DNA of 64,000 nt, from the NCBI GenBank assembly GCA_002269645.1, contig NIVC01001456.1, positions 124,001 to 188,000 on the forward strand. The letters are read 5' to 3'. The stretch is from Macrostomum lignano (Eukaryota). The translations under genes were made by a program, and so were the position numbers. Below the pieces are notes generated by a model that saw nothing but the letters and a program-made list of their open reading frames with translations, did not search any database and had not been told where the DNA came from. Positions 1 through 61,479 of the stretch are shown here, in pieces (the first letter of the stretch is position 1; the number at the start of each line of letters is the position of its first letter).

Positions 1-29
1 ACGATTGTTTTGCCAGCACCAACTGACAT

Positions 30-818
30 TCTCAAGCCAATCTCTAATCTCAAGCCAATCTCTAATTTCAAACCAATCTTTAATCTCAACCCAAATCTCT
101 AATCTCAAGCCAATCTCTAATCTCAAGCCAATCTCTAATCTCAATCCAAATCTCTAATCTCAAGACAATCTCTAATCTCAAGCCAATCTCTAATTTCAAT
201 CCTAATCTCTAATCTCAAACCAATCTCTAATCTCAAGCCAATCTCTAATCTCAAGCCAATCTCTAATCTCAACCCAAATCTCTAATCTCAAGCCAATCTT
301 TAATCTCAACCCAAATCTCTAATCTCAAGCTAAATCTCTAATCTCAATCCAATCTCAAATCTCAAGCCAATCTCTAATCTCAAGCCAATCTCTAATCTCA
401 ACCCAAATCTCTAATCTCAAGCCGATCTCTAATCTCAAGATAAATCTCTAATCTCAAGCCAATCTCTAATCTCAGGCCAATGTCTAATCTCAGGCCAATG
501 TCTAATCTCAAGCCAATCTATAATCTCAAGCCAATCTCTAATCTCAAGCCAATCTCTAATCTCAAGCAAATCTTTAATCTCAAGCCAATCTCTAATCTCA
601 AGCCAATCTCTAATCTCAGGCCAATGTCTAATCTCAAGCCAATCTCTAATCTCAAGCCTAATCTCTAATCTCAAGCCAATCTCTAATCTCAAGCCAATCT
701 CTAATCTCAAGCCAATCTCTAATCTCAAGCAAATCTCTAATCTTAAGCCAATCTCTAATCTCAAGCAAATCTCTAATCTTAAGCCAATCTCTAATCTAAA
801 GCCAATCTCTATTCTCAG
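30..818. repeat. 18-bp minisatellite TCTCTAATCTCAAGCCAA (~43 copies)
   Basis: Direct tandem periodicity; abuts gene 1 stop codon. Confidence 0.95.
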
Positions 819-826
819 CTTCATTG

Positions 827-9687
<8,861 letters not shown>

Positions 9688-10098
9688 TGTGCGGCCGACA
9701 ATGCAATTGCTTGCCGTAATTGTGAAAAATGTATATCAGGTCGATTTGAAAGTTCAATTCAGGTGGAAATTATGGAATGAAAAAACAAGTCAAAATTAAG
9801 CAGCCTAAATAAAACATTCAGGATCTAATTATAGTCAGGACTATTGTTAGTGGTTTTTTAAAAGCATTAAAAAACTAAAGCGTACTTTAAAAAAATAAAT
9901 TATCAGTTAGTAGCTAGTTATCTTGCAGTTACTTTATTTTAATGCGCACAGGCGGACTTAAAGTTTTCGAGAATTTGAAATTGTTCCGATGTTTCCTGTA
10001 AAATTCTCAAGTAATTAGCAAGCCTTGTGTATTTCGTTATTAATCCACACTCCGCTGTACTTTTATTTCGCTTTCTACTGGAATAAATTGATGATGTT
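9688..10098. promoter_or_regulatory. Putative bidirectional promoter / 5' UTR region
   Basis: 411 bp of AT-rich, repeat-free DNA between divergent start codons; no TSS evidence from sequence alone. Confidence 0.5.
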
Positions 10099-50860
<40,762 letters not shown>

Positions 50861-50904
50861 TTGATTGTTTCATGCGAAAGATTTTAGATATCAATGAGAG
50901 GTGC

Positions 50905-51610
50905 CAATCCTGTTTCTAAGAAAACTTCACATTTCTAAGAAAGTCCCCGATCTTTCTTAAGACCAACCCCACCCTTTCTAGGAAACCCAAGTCACTTTCT
51001 AAGATCAACCCCACCCTTTCTAGGAAACCCAACTCTCTTTCTAAGATATACTCAACCTTTCTAAGAAACCCAACTCTTTCTAATATCAACCTCACCCTTT
51101 CTAAGAAACCCAACTCATTTTCTAAGATCAACCCAACCCTTTCTAAGAAACCCAACTCACCTTTCTAAGATCAACCCCATCCTTTCTAAGAAACCCAACT
51201 TAATTTTAAGATACGCCTCACCCTTTCTAAGAAACCCAACTCAATTTTAAGATAAGCCTCATCCTTTCTAAGAAACCCAACTCAATTTTAAGATAAGCCT
51301 CATCCTTTCTAAGAAACCCAACTCTATTTTAAGATAAGCCCCATTCTTTCTAAGAAACCCAACTCAATTTTAAGATAAGCCTCATTCTTTCTAAGAAACC
51401 CAACTCAATTTTAAGATAAGCCCCATTCTTTCTAAGAAACCCAACTCAATTTTAAGATAAGCCTCATCCTTTCTAAGAAACCCAACTCAATTTTAAGATA
51501 AGCCTCATCCTTTCTAAGAAACCCAACTCAATTTTAAGATAAGCCTCATTCTTTCTAAGAAACCCAACTCACTTTCTTCCTAAGATAAAAATAACCTTTC
51601 TAAGAAAAAC
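50905..51610. repeat. ~41-bp minisatellite TTTCTAAGAAACCCAACTCAATTTTAAGATAAGCCTCATCC
   Basis: Tandem periodicity just 3' of the stop codon. Confidence 0.9.
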
Positions 51611-52484
51611 TTGTATTTCTGTGTTATTGTTAAATGCGGATTGGCCCATATTGTTGATATTTGGAATCTTCAATCATTCCTGCTAAATCGATAAATTTGA
51701 TCATTTGACATTGCTGAAGAGTTCCAGCCCCTAAAAACTGTTGTCTTCTTTGAACTAATTAGCTCGTAGTCAATGAATTTTTGCTTCAAGCTCTTCAATT
51801 CATTCCGGCAATAAGTGTTTTGCTTATTTTAATTTTCACTGTTTAATCTGTTTGTTCCAGTCCCCAGCTACCGGTCAAGTCTCCCCCCCCCCCCATTTAA
51901 CAGTTTGGATCAACCTTGATGCGACCCGCTGCAATGATATTTTATTCCGATCTGCTAACAGATTATGCTGCACACATGCACAAGCACTTCAAGCATTCCA
52001 AAGTTTACACAAAATCAACTCTATACTAAGCTTTTCTGTCGATCTTAGTTAGCTGTATCTTTAATGTGAATTTGCAGTCGCCCCTTCTCCACTATTACAG
52101 TAGTGTTCTCAAATTGTCTCATATTGAATTTTTTTAATTCCTGTGTGACAGTCCTAGCGCGCTGTGAACTCAAATTCATTATTTATATTATTATAAGTAT
52201 ATTTAAATATTTTCCTGTGTTATTGGGTCTGTCAGCCATATGCTAATTGTGAGATAAAGTGATATCTTACCTCTTAATTCGTTTTGGCCTATAGTTGAGT
52301 TTGTGTTGGCATGTAGAAATTTATAGTTAACTTCATCATCTATTTCTATAAATACTAAATTAATATATGATTCAGCTTGTCACAGACACTGCTTTGCTCT
52401 GTGCTCTGAATGCAAAGTAAAATCAATTTAAAACTGATTGCGCAAAACTATTTTTAATCATTTGCTTTCTGGGATGGGTCTGAG

Positions 52485-52870
52485 GGTCTGATTAGAGATG
52501 CAGGGTCTGACTAGAGATGCAGGGTCTGACTAGAGATGCAGGGTATGACTAGAGATGCAGGGTCTGATTAGAGATGCAGGGTCTGAGTAGAGATGCAGGG
52601 TCTGACTAGAGATGCAGGGTCTGAGTAGAAATGCAGGGTCTGACTAGAGATGCAGGGTCTGAGTAGAGATGCAGGGTCTGACTAGAGATGCAGGGTCTGA
52701 GTAGAAATGCAGGGTGTGAGTAGAGATGTATAGGGTCTGAGTAGAGACTTGGAGGTCTGAGTAGAGACTTGGAGTTCTGAGTATAGAGATGTAGGGTCTG
52801 AGTAGAGACTCTGAGGTCTGAGTATAGACTTGGAGGTCTGAGTATAGAGATTTAGGGTCTGATTAGAGAC
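52485..52870. repeat. 19-bp minisatellite GGGTCTGACTAGAGATGCA
   Basis: Tandem periodicity. Confidence 0.9.
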
Positions 52871-53389
52871 TCAAATGTTTGAGTAGAGGGTCTCAATCGG
52901 CAAATTCAGTCCATGGAGTCGCACCGCCCCCCCCCAGTAGCAGTTCCAACAACCCTATCACAAAGCAAACAATGCAGTGCAGCAATCGAGTTTTAGGGCA
53001 AATGATTCTATTTATCATCAAAGTTTTGCAAGCGAGTCTCGGGGCAACGCCCGTGTGTCACTGCCGCTTCAGTCTCTTTGCATTTCACCGAAATCTCGGG
53101 GCTCGCATTTGCGGCTCTGGAGAGTTTGCTTTTAGGCCGCACGAGTATCGGATTCTGGCTTTGCTTTTGTGTGTTTGCTTTTGCTTGCCTGGCGCTCGAG
53201 CAGGCCTAGAGAGGAAGTTGGTGCGCTGGTCCATCTCTCTGTGCTATCTCTACACTGGATGGAGCCCGGTGCTGCTAATTAGCATAATTGCTAGCTTTCC
53301 TGCATAATGACCGTTTAGGTGGGTCCGTTTCCTATGGCAGCTCGGGTCTGAGCTGGTTTCGGCTTTTCTGCATTGGAATGCATGTAGCT

Positions 53390-54080
53390 AGCGCCATCAA
53401 GAGAGACTGTGAGGGCGCTATCAAGAGACTGTGAGGCGCCATCAAGAGAGACTGTGAGGCGCCATCAAGAGAGACTGAGGCGCCATCAAGAGAGACTGTG
53501 AGGCGCTATCAAGAGACTGTGAGGCGCCATCAAGAGAGACTGTGAGGCGCCATCAAGAGAGACTGTGAGGCGCCATCAAGAGAGACTGTGAGGCGCCATC
53601 AAGAGAAACTGAGGCGCCATCAAGAGAGACTGTGAGGCGCTATCAAGAGACTGTGAGGCGCCATCAAGAGAGACTGTGAGGCGCTATCAAGAGACTGTGA
53701 GGCGCCATCAAGAGAGACTGTGAGGCGCCATCAAGAGAGACTGAGGCGCCATCAGGAGAGACTGTGAGGCGCCATCAAGAGAGACTGAGGCGCCATCAAG
53801 AGAGACTGTGAGGCGCCATCAAGAGAGACTGAGGCGCCATCAAGAGAGACTGTGAGGCGCCATCAAGAGAGACTGAGGCGCCATCAGGAGAGACTGTGAG
53901 GCGCCATCAAGAGAGACTGAGGCGCCATCAAGAGAGACTGTGAGGCGCCATCAAGAGAGACTGAGGCGCCATCAAGAGAGACTGTGAGGCGCCATCATTA
54001 GAGACTGTGAGGTGCCATCAGGAGAGACTGAGGCGCCATCAGGAGAGACTGTGAGGCGCCATCATTAGAGACTGTGAGAC
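53390..54080. repeat. 21/23-bp minisatellite GTGAGGCGCCATCAAGAGAGACT
   Basis: Tandem periodicity. Confidence 0.95.
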
Positions 54081-54524
54081 GCTAAAATTGGCGTAAGTTA
54101 ATATATGTAAATTTAAATTTTTTTGCTCACCTTGTTTTTATATGACAAGCAATATGTCGGCAATAAAAATCGTATAGGCGAGTGCAGTGATATTCCTCTG
54201 CACGCGATAAGAGACTGAAGTAGTTCCGACCCGGTCAAGCTGAAAATTATAAGACAGCAGGAATTCATTCGTAGCGCGCTCGAGCGCAGAATTTGAATAG
54301 CTATAAGGAAAACTTGCAAAGCAGTGCTCGGTGAGTCAGCTACTCCAGCTCAGCTTGAATCGAAACACATCGCCAGGTGCACTCCGGATAAGGAAGCGGT
54401 TTGTTTACAGATTTTCTGAAAACCTGACTAGAAGTATTCGAGTGCTACCGTGAGGCATTTCACAGACGAAAGCTGAGAACGCCTATATGTATTGAAAATG
54501 AATTATTACAATTGTAGATTAAAG

Positions 54525-55835
54525 ACAGAGAGATAGATGACGGAGAGTGAGATTAGAGACAGATCTAGAGAGATAACGGAAGAGGAAGATGAGGGAGAGT
54601 GAGATTAGAGACAGATCTAGAGAGATAACGGAAGAGGAAGATGAGGGAGAGTGAGATTAGAGACAGAGAGAGAGCGGTAGAGATGAGGGAGAGTGAGACT
54701 AGAGACAGAGAGAGAGTGGTAGAGATAAGACACTAAGACAGACACTAAAGACACTAAGACCGACACTAAGACAGACACTAAGACAGACACTAAGACCGAC
54801 ACTAAGACAGACACTAAGACAGACACTAAGACAGACACTAAGACACTAAAACAGACACTAAGACAGGCACTAAGACAGACACTAAAGACACTAAGACAGA
54901 CACTAAAGACACTAAGACAGACACTAAGACAGACACTAAGACAGACACTAAGACACTAAAACAGACACTAAGACAGGCACTGAGACAGACACTAAAGACA
55001 CTAAGACAGACACTAAAGACACTAAGACAGACACTAAAGACACTAAGAAAGACACTAAGACAGACACTAAGACAGACACTAAGACACTAAAACAGACACT
55101 AAGACAGGCACTGAGACAGACACTAAGACACTAAAACAGACACTAAGACAGGCACTGAGACAGACACTAAGACAGACACTAAGACAGACACTAAAACAGA
55201 CACTAAGACAGACACTAAGACAGACACTAAGACAGACACTCAGACAGACACTAAGACAGGCACTGAGACAGACACTAAAACAGACACTAAGACAGGCACT
55301 GAGACAGACACTAAGACACTAAAACAGACACTAAGACAGACACTAAAACAGACACTAAGACAGACACTAAGACAGGCACTGAGACAGACACTAAAACAGA
55401 CACTAAGACAGGCACTGAGACAGACACTAAGACACTAAAACAGACACTAAGACAGACACTAAAACAGACACTAAGACAGACACTAAGACAGACACTAAAA
55501 CAGACACTAAGACAGGCACTGAGACAGACACTAAGACAGACACTAAGACAGACACTAAAACAGACACTAAGACAGGCACTGAGACAGACACTAAGACACT
55601 AAAACAGACACTAAGACAGGCACTGAGACAGACACTAAGACAGACACTAAGACAGACACTAAAACAGACACTAAGACAGACACTAAGACAGACACTAAGA
55701 CAGACACTCAGACAGACACTAAGACAGGCACTGAGACAGACACTAAGACAGACACTAAGACAGGCACTAAGACAGACACTAAGACAGGCACTAAGGCACT
55801 AAGACAGACACTCAGACACTAAGGCACTAAGACAG
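54525..55835. repeat. Purine-rich repeat followed by 12-bp GACAGACACTAA array
   Basis: Tandem periodicity. Confidence 0.93.
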
Positions 55836-56244
55836 ACATACCAATCGACCCACTGTTTCGCACACGCGAGCTGATCTGCACTTTAGTCCCTGCCGACATT
55901 GACAAGCCATAAAGCTGGCAGCAGACGGGCCTGAGTCTCACTGTGCCGGCGAAGCACGAGAATTCCTCTTGAAGGGGAAGGGGGTGGAACGTGACGCGAG
56001 TTTCCTGCGGCAATGTCGCATTCCGCATCGGAGGCTGTCTAGAAGTGAAAGCGTGCCAGTCTTCACTGTGCAGCTGTCACAGCTGGTCGAGGAATTCGCA
56101 TCCGGTGCAGAGACCTCTGGTTCTCGAGCTTCCTCTGATGCAGATGGAAAGAATTGAAAATTGAAGATTAAAATTTATGCGAATAGTACTGAGAGGAGGA
56201 AGGGGTAGGAGGGATGGGAAGCAGAGAGAGAAAGGGTGGGTAGG

Positions 56245-56650
56245 GACAGAGAATTGGAGACAGGAAGAGAGCTGGAGCAGGGCAGAGAATGGAGAGGAAG
56301 GCAGAGAATGGAGAGGAAGGCAGAGAAGGGAGAGGGGAAGGCAGAGAAGGGAAAGAGGAAGGCAGAGAAGGGAGAGGGGAAGGCAGAGAAGGGAGAGGGG
56401 AAGGCAGAGAAGGGAGAGGGGAAGGCAGAGAAGGGAGAGGGGAAGGCAGAGAAGGGAGAGGGGAAGGCAGAGAAGGGAGAGGGGAAGGCAGAGAAGGGAG
56501 AGGGGAAGGCAGAGAAGGGAGAGGGGAAGGCAGAGAAGGGAGAGGGGAAGGCAGAGAAGGGAGAGAGGGAGACAGAGAAGGGAGAGGGGAAGGCAGAGAA
56601 GGGAGAGGGGAAGGCAGAGAAGGGAGAGAGGGAGACAGAGAAGGGAGAGA
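56245..56650. repeat. 21-bp polypurine minisatellite GGGAGAGGGGAAGGCAGAGAA
   Basis: Tandem periodicity. Confidence 0.93.
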
Positions 56651-56989
56651 AGCAGACAAAGAAACCTGGAGACTCCAGAGTCAGGTGAGTCAATCAGCAA
56701 GTCAATTAGCTTTGTCCAGCAACTACACAAAACAATTGCATTTTCTTGAATGGCCGCATTTCTGCTAATCCACTTATTCGAGAACTCAATCATCTTGTCG
56801 CCCCATTAAACTGTCTCTAAGCGAGAACTAGTTTGCAGAGGAGGGAATTCCTTTGCTGATCAAGTGTGCGTGACCTGCTACAAAAGGAGCAAGCAGTTTC
56901 TAGACAAGCGATGCTTTTTCGATTTGCATAATTGAGCACACGCTTGATAATAAGGAACGAGTCTGAAGTGCTCAAAGGTTTGAGCTCAT

Positions 56990-57745
56990 CATGAGGGACT
57001 TCATGGGTTCGTTAGGGACTTCATGAGTTCGTGAGGGACTTCATGAGTTCGTGAGGGACTTCATGAGTTCGTGAAGGACTTCATGAGTTCGTGAGGGACT
57101 TCATGAGTTCGTGAGGGACTTCATGAGTTCGTGAGGGACTTCATGAGTTCGTGAGGGACTTCATGATCGAGTTCGTGAGGGACTTCATGAGTTCGTGAGG
57201 GACTTCATGATCGAGTTCGTGAGGGACTTCATGAGTTCGTGAGGGACTTCATGAGTTCGTGAGGGACTTCATGAGTTCGTGAGGGACTTCATGAGTTCGT
57301 GAGGGACTTCATGAGTTCATGAGGGACTTCATGAGTTCGTGAAGGACTTCATGAGTTCGTGAGGGACTTCATGAGTTCGTGAGGGACTTCATGAGTTCGT
57401 GAGGGACTTCATGAGTTCGTGAGGGACTTCATGATCGAGTTCGTGAGGGACTTCATGAGTTCGTGAGGGACTTCATGAGTTCGTGAGGGACTTCATGATC
57501 GAGTTCGTGAGGGACTTCATGAGTTCGTGAGGGACTTCATGAGTTCGTGAGGGACTTCATGAGTTCGTGAGGGACTTCATGAGTACATAGGTAATTTCTT
57601 GGGATGAGTTTGTGTTGAGCATGTGGTTGAGTTTATGATTGAGTTTATGGTTGAGTTCATGGTTGAGTTCATGGTTGAGTTCATGGTTGAGTTCATGGTT
57701 GAGTTCATGGTTGAGTTCATGATTGAGTTCATGGTTGAGTTCTTC
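56990..57745. repeat. 20-bp GAGGGACTTCATGAGTTCGT array plus 12-bp ATGGTTGAGTTC array
   Basis: Tandem periodicity. Confidence 0.95.
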
Positions 57746-58249
57746 ATCACCTACTAGAAAAAGTTCTAGTCAAAATCAAATTTGATTCTGAATTCTCTAA
57801 TGAATTTCTGTCAATACCACCTGAAATTCATGCGGGCAGCCTTCGCTTCTCTCGTTTCCATTTTGCCTGTTATTGGCGGGGAGACAAAAACGCTGAAAAA
57901 CCCAGGCTTGCCCGGGCTCCGGTTCAGCCAATCAGCCGAGCTGATGGTAAATTCTGAGCGAGTCTCTTTGCATTTTTAATCTGTCTGTCTCTCCCGTATC
58001 GCCTCTCCCAGATCCCCGCACTCGCAGTGACTCGGCCTACTGTAGGTACAGCACTCAGTTTTAAATTGCAATTTGCAAAAAATAATTGCCCCAATTTTTC
58101 AGACACAGCATTGCCTGAGGCCTGAGCCCTGATTGAAACGGTGAGAGGCGGATTTTGAGTTGCTCATTTTGTTAAAACAGTACGCAATGAAAATAATTTG
58201 CCCAACACTCGGCGCCTTCAAACTCACGCCCCCTTCTTTTCCTCCCTGC

Positions 58250-58378
58250 ACCTTGCTCCCTGCTCCCTGCTCCCTGCTCCCTGCACACTGCTCTCTGCAC
58301 CCTGCTCCCTGCTCCCTGCTCCCTGCTCCCTGCTCCCTGCTCCCTGCTCCCTGCTCCCTGCTTCCTGCTCCCTGCTGA
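58250..58378. repeat. 7-bp repeat CTGCTCC
   Basis: Tandem periodicity. Confidence 0.9.
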
Positions 58379-58809
58379 ATATCCATCATCATTTTAACAA
58401 AAAGAGCCGGAAAAAGCGGAGTCAAGGAACTACAAACAATTTAATCCCACTGTGTTAGGAAGCCCATCCCACACTGCGTCAAAGTTAGCGTCAATTTATT
58501 CAGAAAAAATATATTCTTTCCATTATTATTAAAAATAAATTCTCACACCAAACAGAAAAATCTGCCTGTATATCTGCAGGCTGTACAGGGAATTTCTCGC
58601 GCACATCCACCTATGGGAGGTGATGGAAGGCACGAGGCGAAGGCACGTTTTGTTCCTAGCATAATCAATGAGGTGGAAAGCTTAGTGGCACAGATGCGTT
58701 CCGATGGAGACTGGGGGTGTCTGCGGGGACTGCACTGAGGCGTTGGGCGACGGATGGTTGCGACTAGAAATACGGGTGAGAGTCAGGGGAGGAGCTGGGA
58801 TGATAGGAG

Positions 58810-59512
58810 AGTTGAGAGAGTCAGGGGTTGAGAGAGTCAGGGGTTGAGAGAGTCAGGGGTTGAGAGAGTCAGGGGTTGAGAGAGTCAGGGGTTGAGAGAG
58901 TCAGGGGTTGAGAGAGTCAGGGGTTGAGAGAGTCAGGGGTTGAGAGAATCAGGGGTTGAGAGAATCAGGGGTTGAGAGAGTCAGGGGTTGAGAGAGTCAG
59001 GGGTTAAGAGAATCAGGGGTTGAGAGAGTCAGAGGTTGAGAGAGTCAGGGGTTGAGAGAGTCAGGGGTTGAGAGAGTCAGGGGTTGAGAGAGTCAGGGGT
59101 TGAGAGAGTCAGGGGTTGAGAGAGTCAGGGGTTGAGAGAGTCAGGGGTTGAGAGAGTCAGGGGTTGAGAGAATCAGGGGTTGAGAGAGTCAGGGGTTGAG
59201 AGAATCAGGGGTTGAGAGAGTCAGAGGTTGAGAGAGTCAGGGGTTGAGAGAGTCAGGGGTTGAGAGAGTCATGGGTTGAGAGAGTCATGGGTTGAGAGAG
59301 TCATGGGTTGAGAGAGTCATGGGTTGAGAGAGTCAGAGGTTGAGAGAGTCAGGGGTTGAGAGAGTCATGGGTTGAGAGAGTCATGGCTTGAGAGAGTCAT
59401 GGGTTGAGAGAGTCATGGGTTGAGAGAGTCATGGGTTGAGAGAGTCAGAGGTTGAGAGAGTCAGGGGTTGAGAGAGTCAAGGGTTGAGAGAGTCAGGGGT
59501 TGAGAGAGTCAG
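58810..59512. repeat. 16-bp minisatellite TGAGAGAGTCAGGGGT (~43 copies)
   Basis: Tandem periodicity. Confidence 0.95.
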
Positions 59513-60104
59513 GAGAGAGAAGATGCAGAGAAAAAAGAAGTTCGGTCAGCAGTCGCTAATTCCGGCTTTCAAGCTGAGCATAAAAAAGCAGTCTGACTTC
59601 TCTCGGGCAGTTTCTCACCAACTCTGACTCAATTCTGTCTTCCAGCCAAGAAGAAAATTAGTTTTCTAGTTTTCTCTGCTCAATTTCTCCAACAGATGGT
59701 GAAATGTTTTTTTCATTAACGGCTGCAATTCTTAGAATCCCAAAGTCCGCCCGATCCCTACGGCTGAGCAGCGACAACCAGCTCTTTATTTATTGAGGTT
59801 TGCATTTTAAACAGCTCTACTTTTTCGGGAACCTGCGTCAATTTCATTTTCTTGTGGAGATTAAAGTACATTTTCTAAGAAATTGCTGCTGAAAACATGT
59901 CTCTGCTGGTGCTTTGCGTCAGCCACCGAAATTAATTTTAACTGGGAGGTTGTAAATCTTGCCCGGTGAAATCTAATAAAACCGTCAAGTCGATGCGGGG
60001 AGTCTGCAGGGTTTCACAGATTTTCCGAGTGCCAGAGTGGCCTCAGGGGGAACTGCTGACTCTTTCCGGGCCTCTGGGGTGCTGCTTGCTCTCAACATTG
60101 CTCA

Positions 60105-60770
<666 letters not shown>

Positions 60771-61479
60771 TTGAATCTGTCTGGATGCCTGTCTCAGAGT
60801 CAGTCTGCCATCTTAGGCTAAGCAGTCAATAATTCATCGCTTCTCGACTCTCAACGGGCGAAGAGATGCTGTGAATTTCCAGGAAAATCGGGACGGTTGT
60901 GAATCTTTACTGAATTTTTAATAATTCCTCAAAGACAGACTTCAAGGATCGGATTCTTTATGCGCAACCCCCCCCCCAAAAAACCAGATGACACGCGTAA
61001 GCGTCCTGGACTCAGATTTTCAGACAGTCAGAAGGCGGCGAGAGGAACATCAGCAGCTCGAATTTCGTGCCCAAGTCCCGCCGCTGGGCTGCTCACGCAG
61101 GCAGAATTCTGTTGACAGAAAAACAACAGAGATGAAAGCAAAAACTGGTGTAGGGGCAGCCAGGGGGTTCGAAACTGGAATAGTGAATTATTAGCTGAAG
61201 GAGGAAGCTGGGATTTGCTGAGATGCCAGCCAAGAAGCCTGCGTACTTGACTCCGCTGTTCAGGCGGGTGCTTTATGGAAACCGACAAGCGACGGTTGAT
61301 GCATGGGCAAACAAGCATAGCAGCCTGTTCTACCGCTCCATTCTGAGAATTCGCCACTTAGTAACTCTACGGCTTCATCCGGGTTTCCGTCTGGGCTTTC
61401 TCTCCTCCTCTGGTTTGCACTTCCTGTGCTCACATTTTATGTTTCTGTTCATCTCCTCTCTCACTCTCTCTCCATCTAG

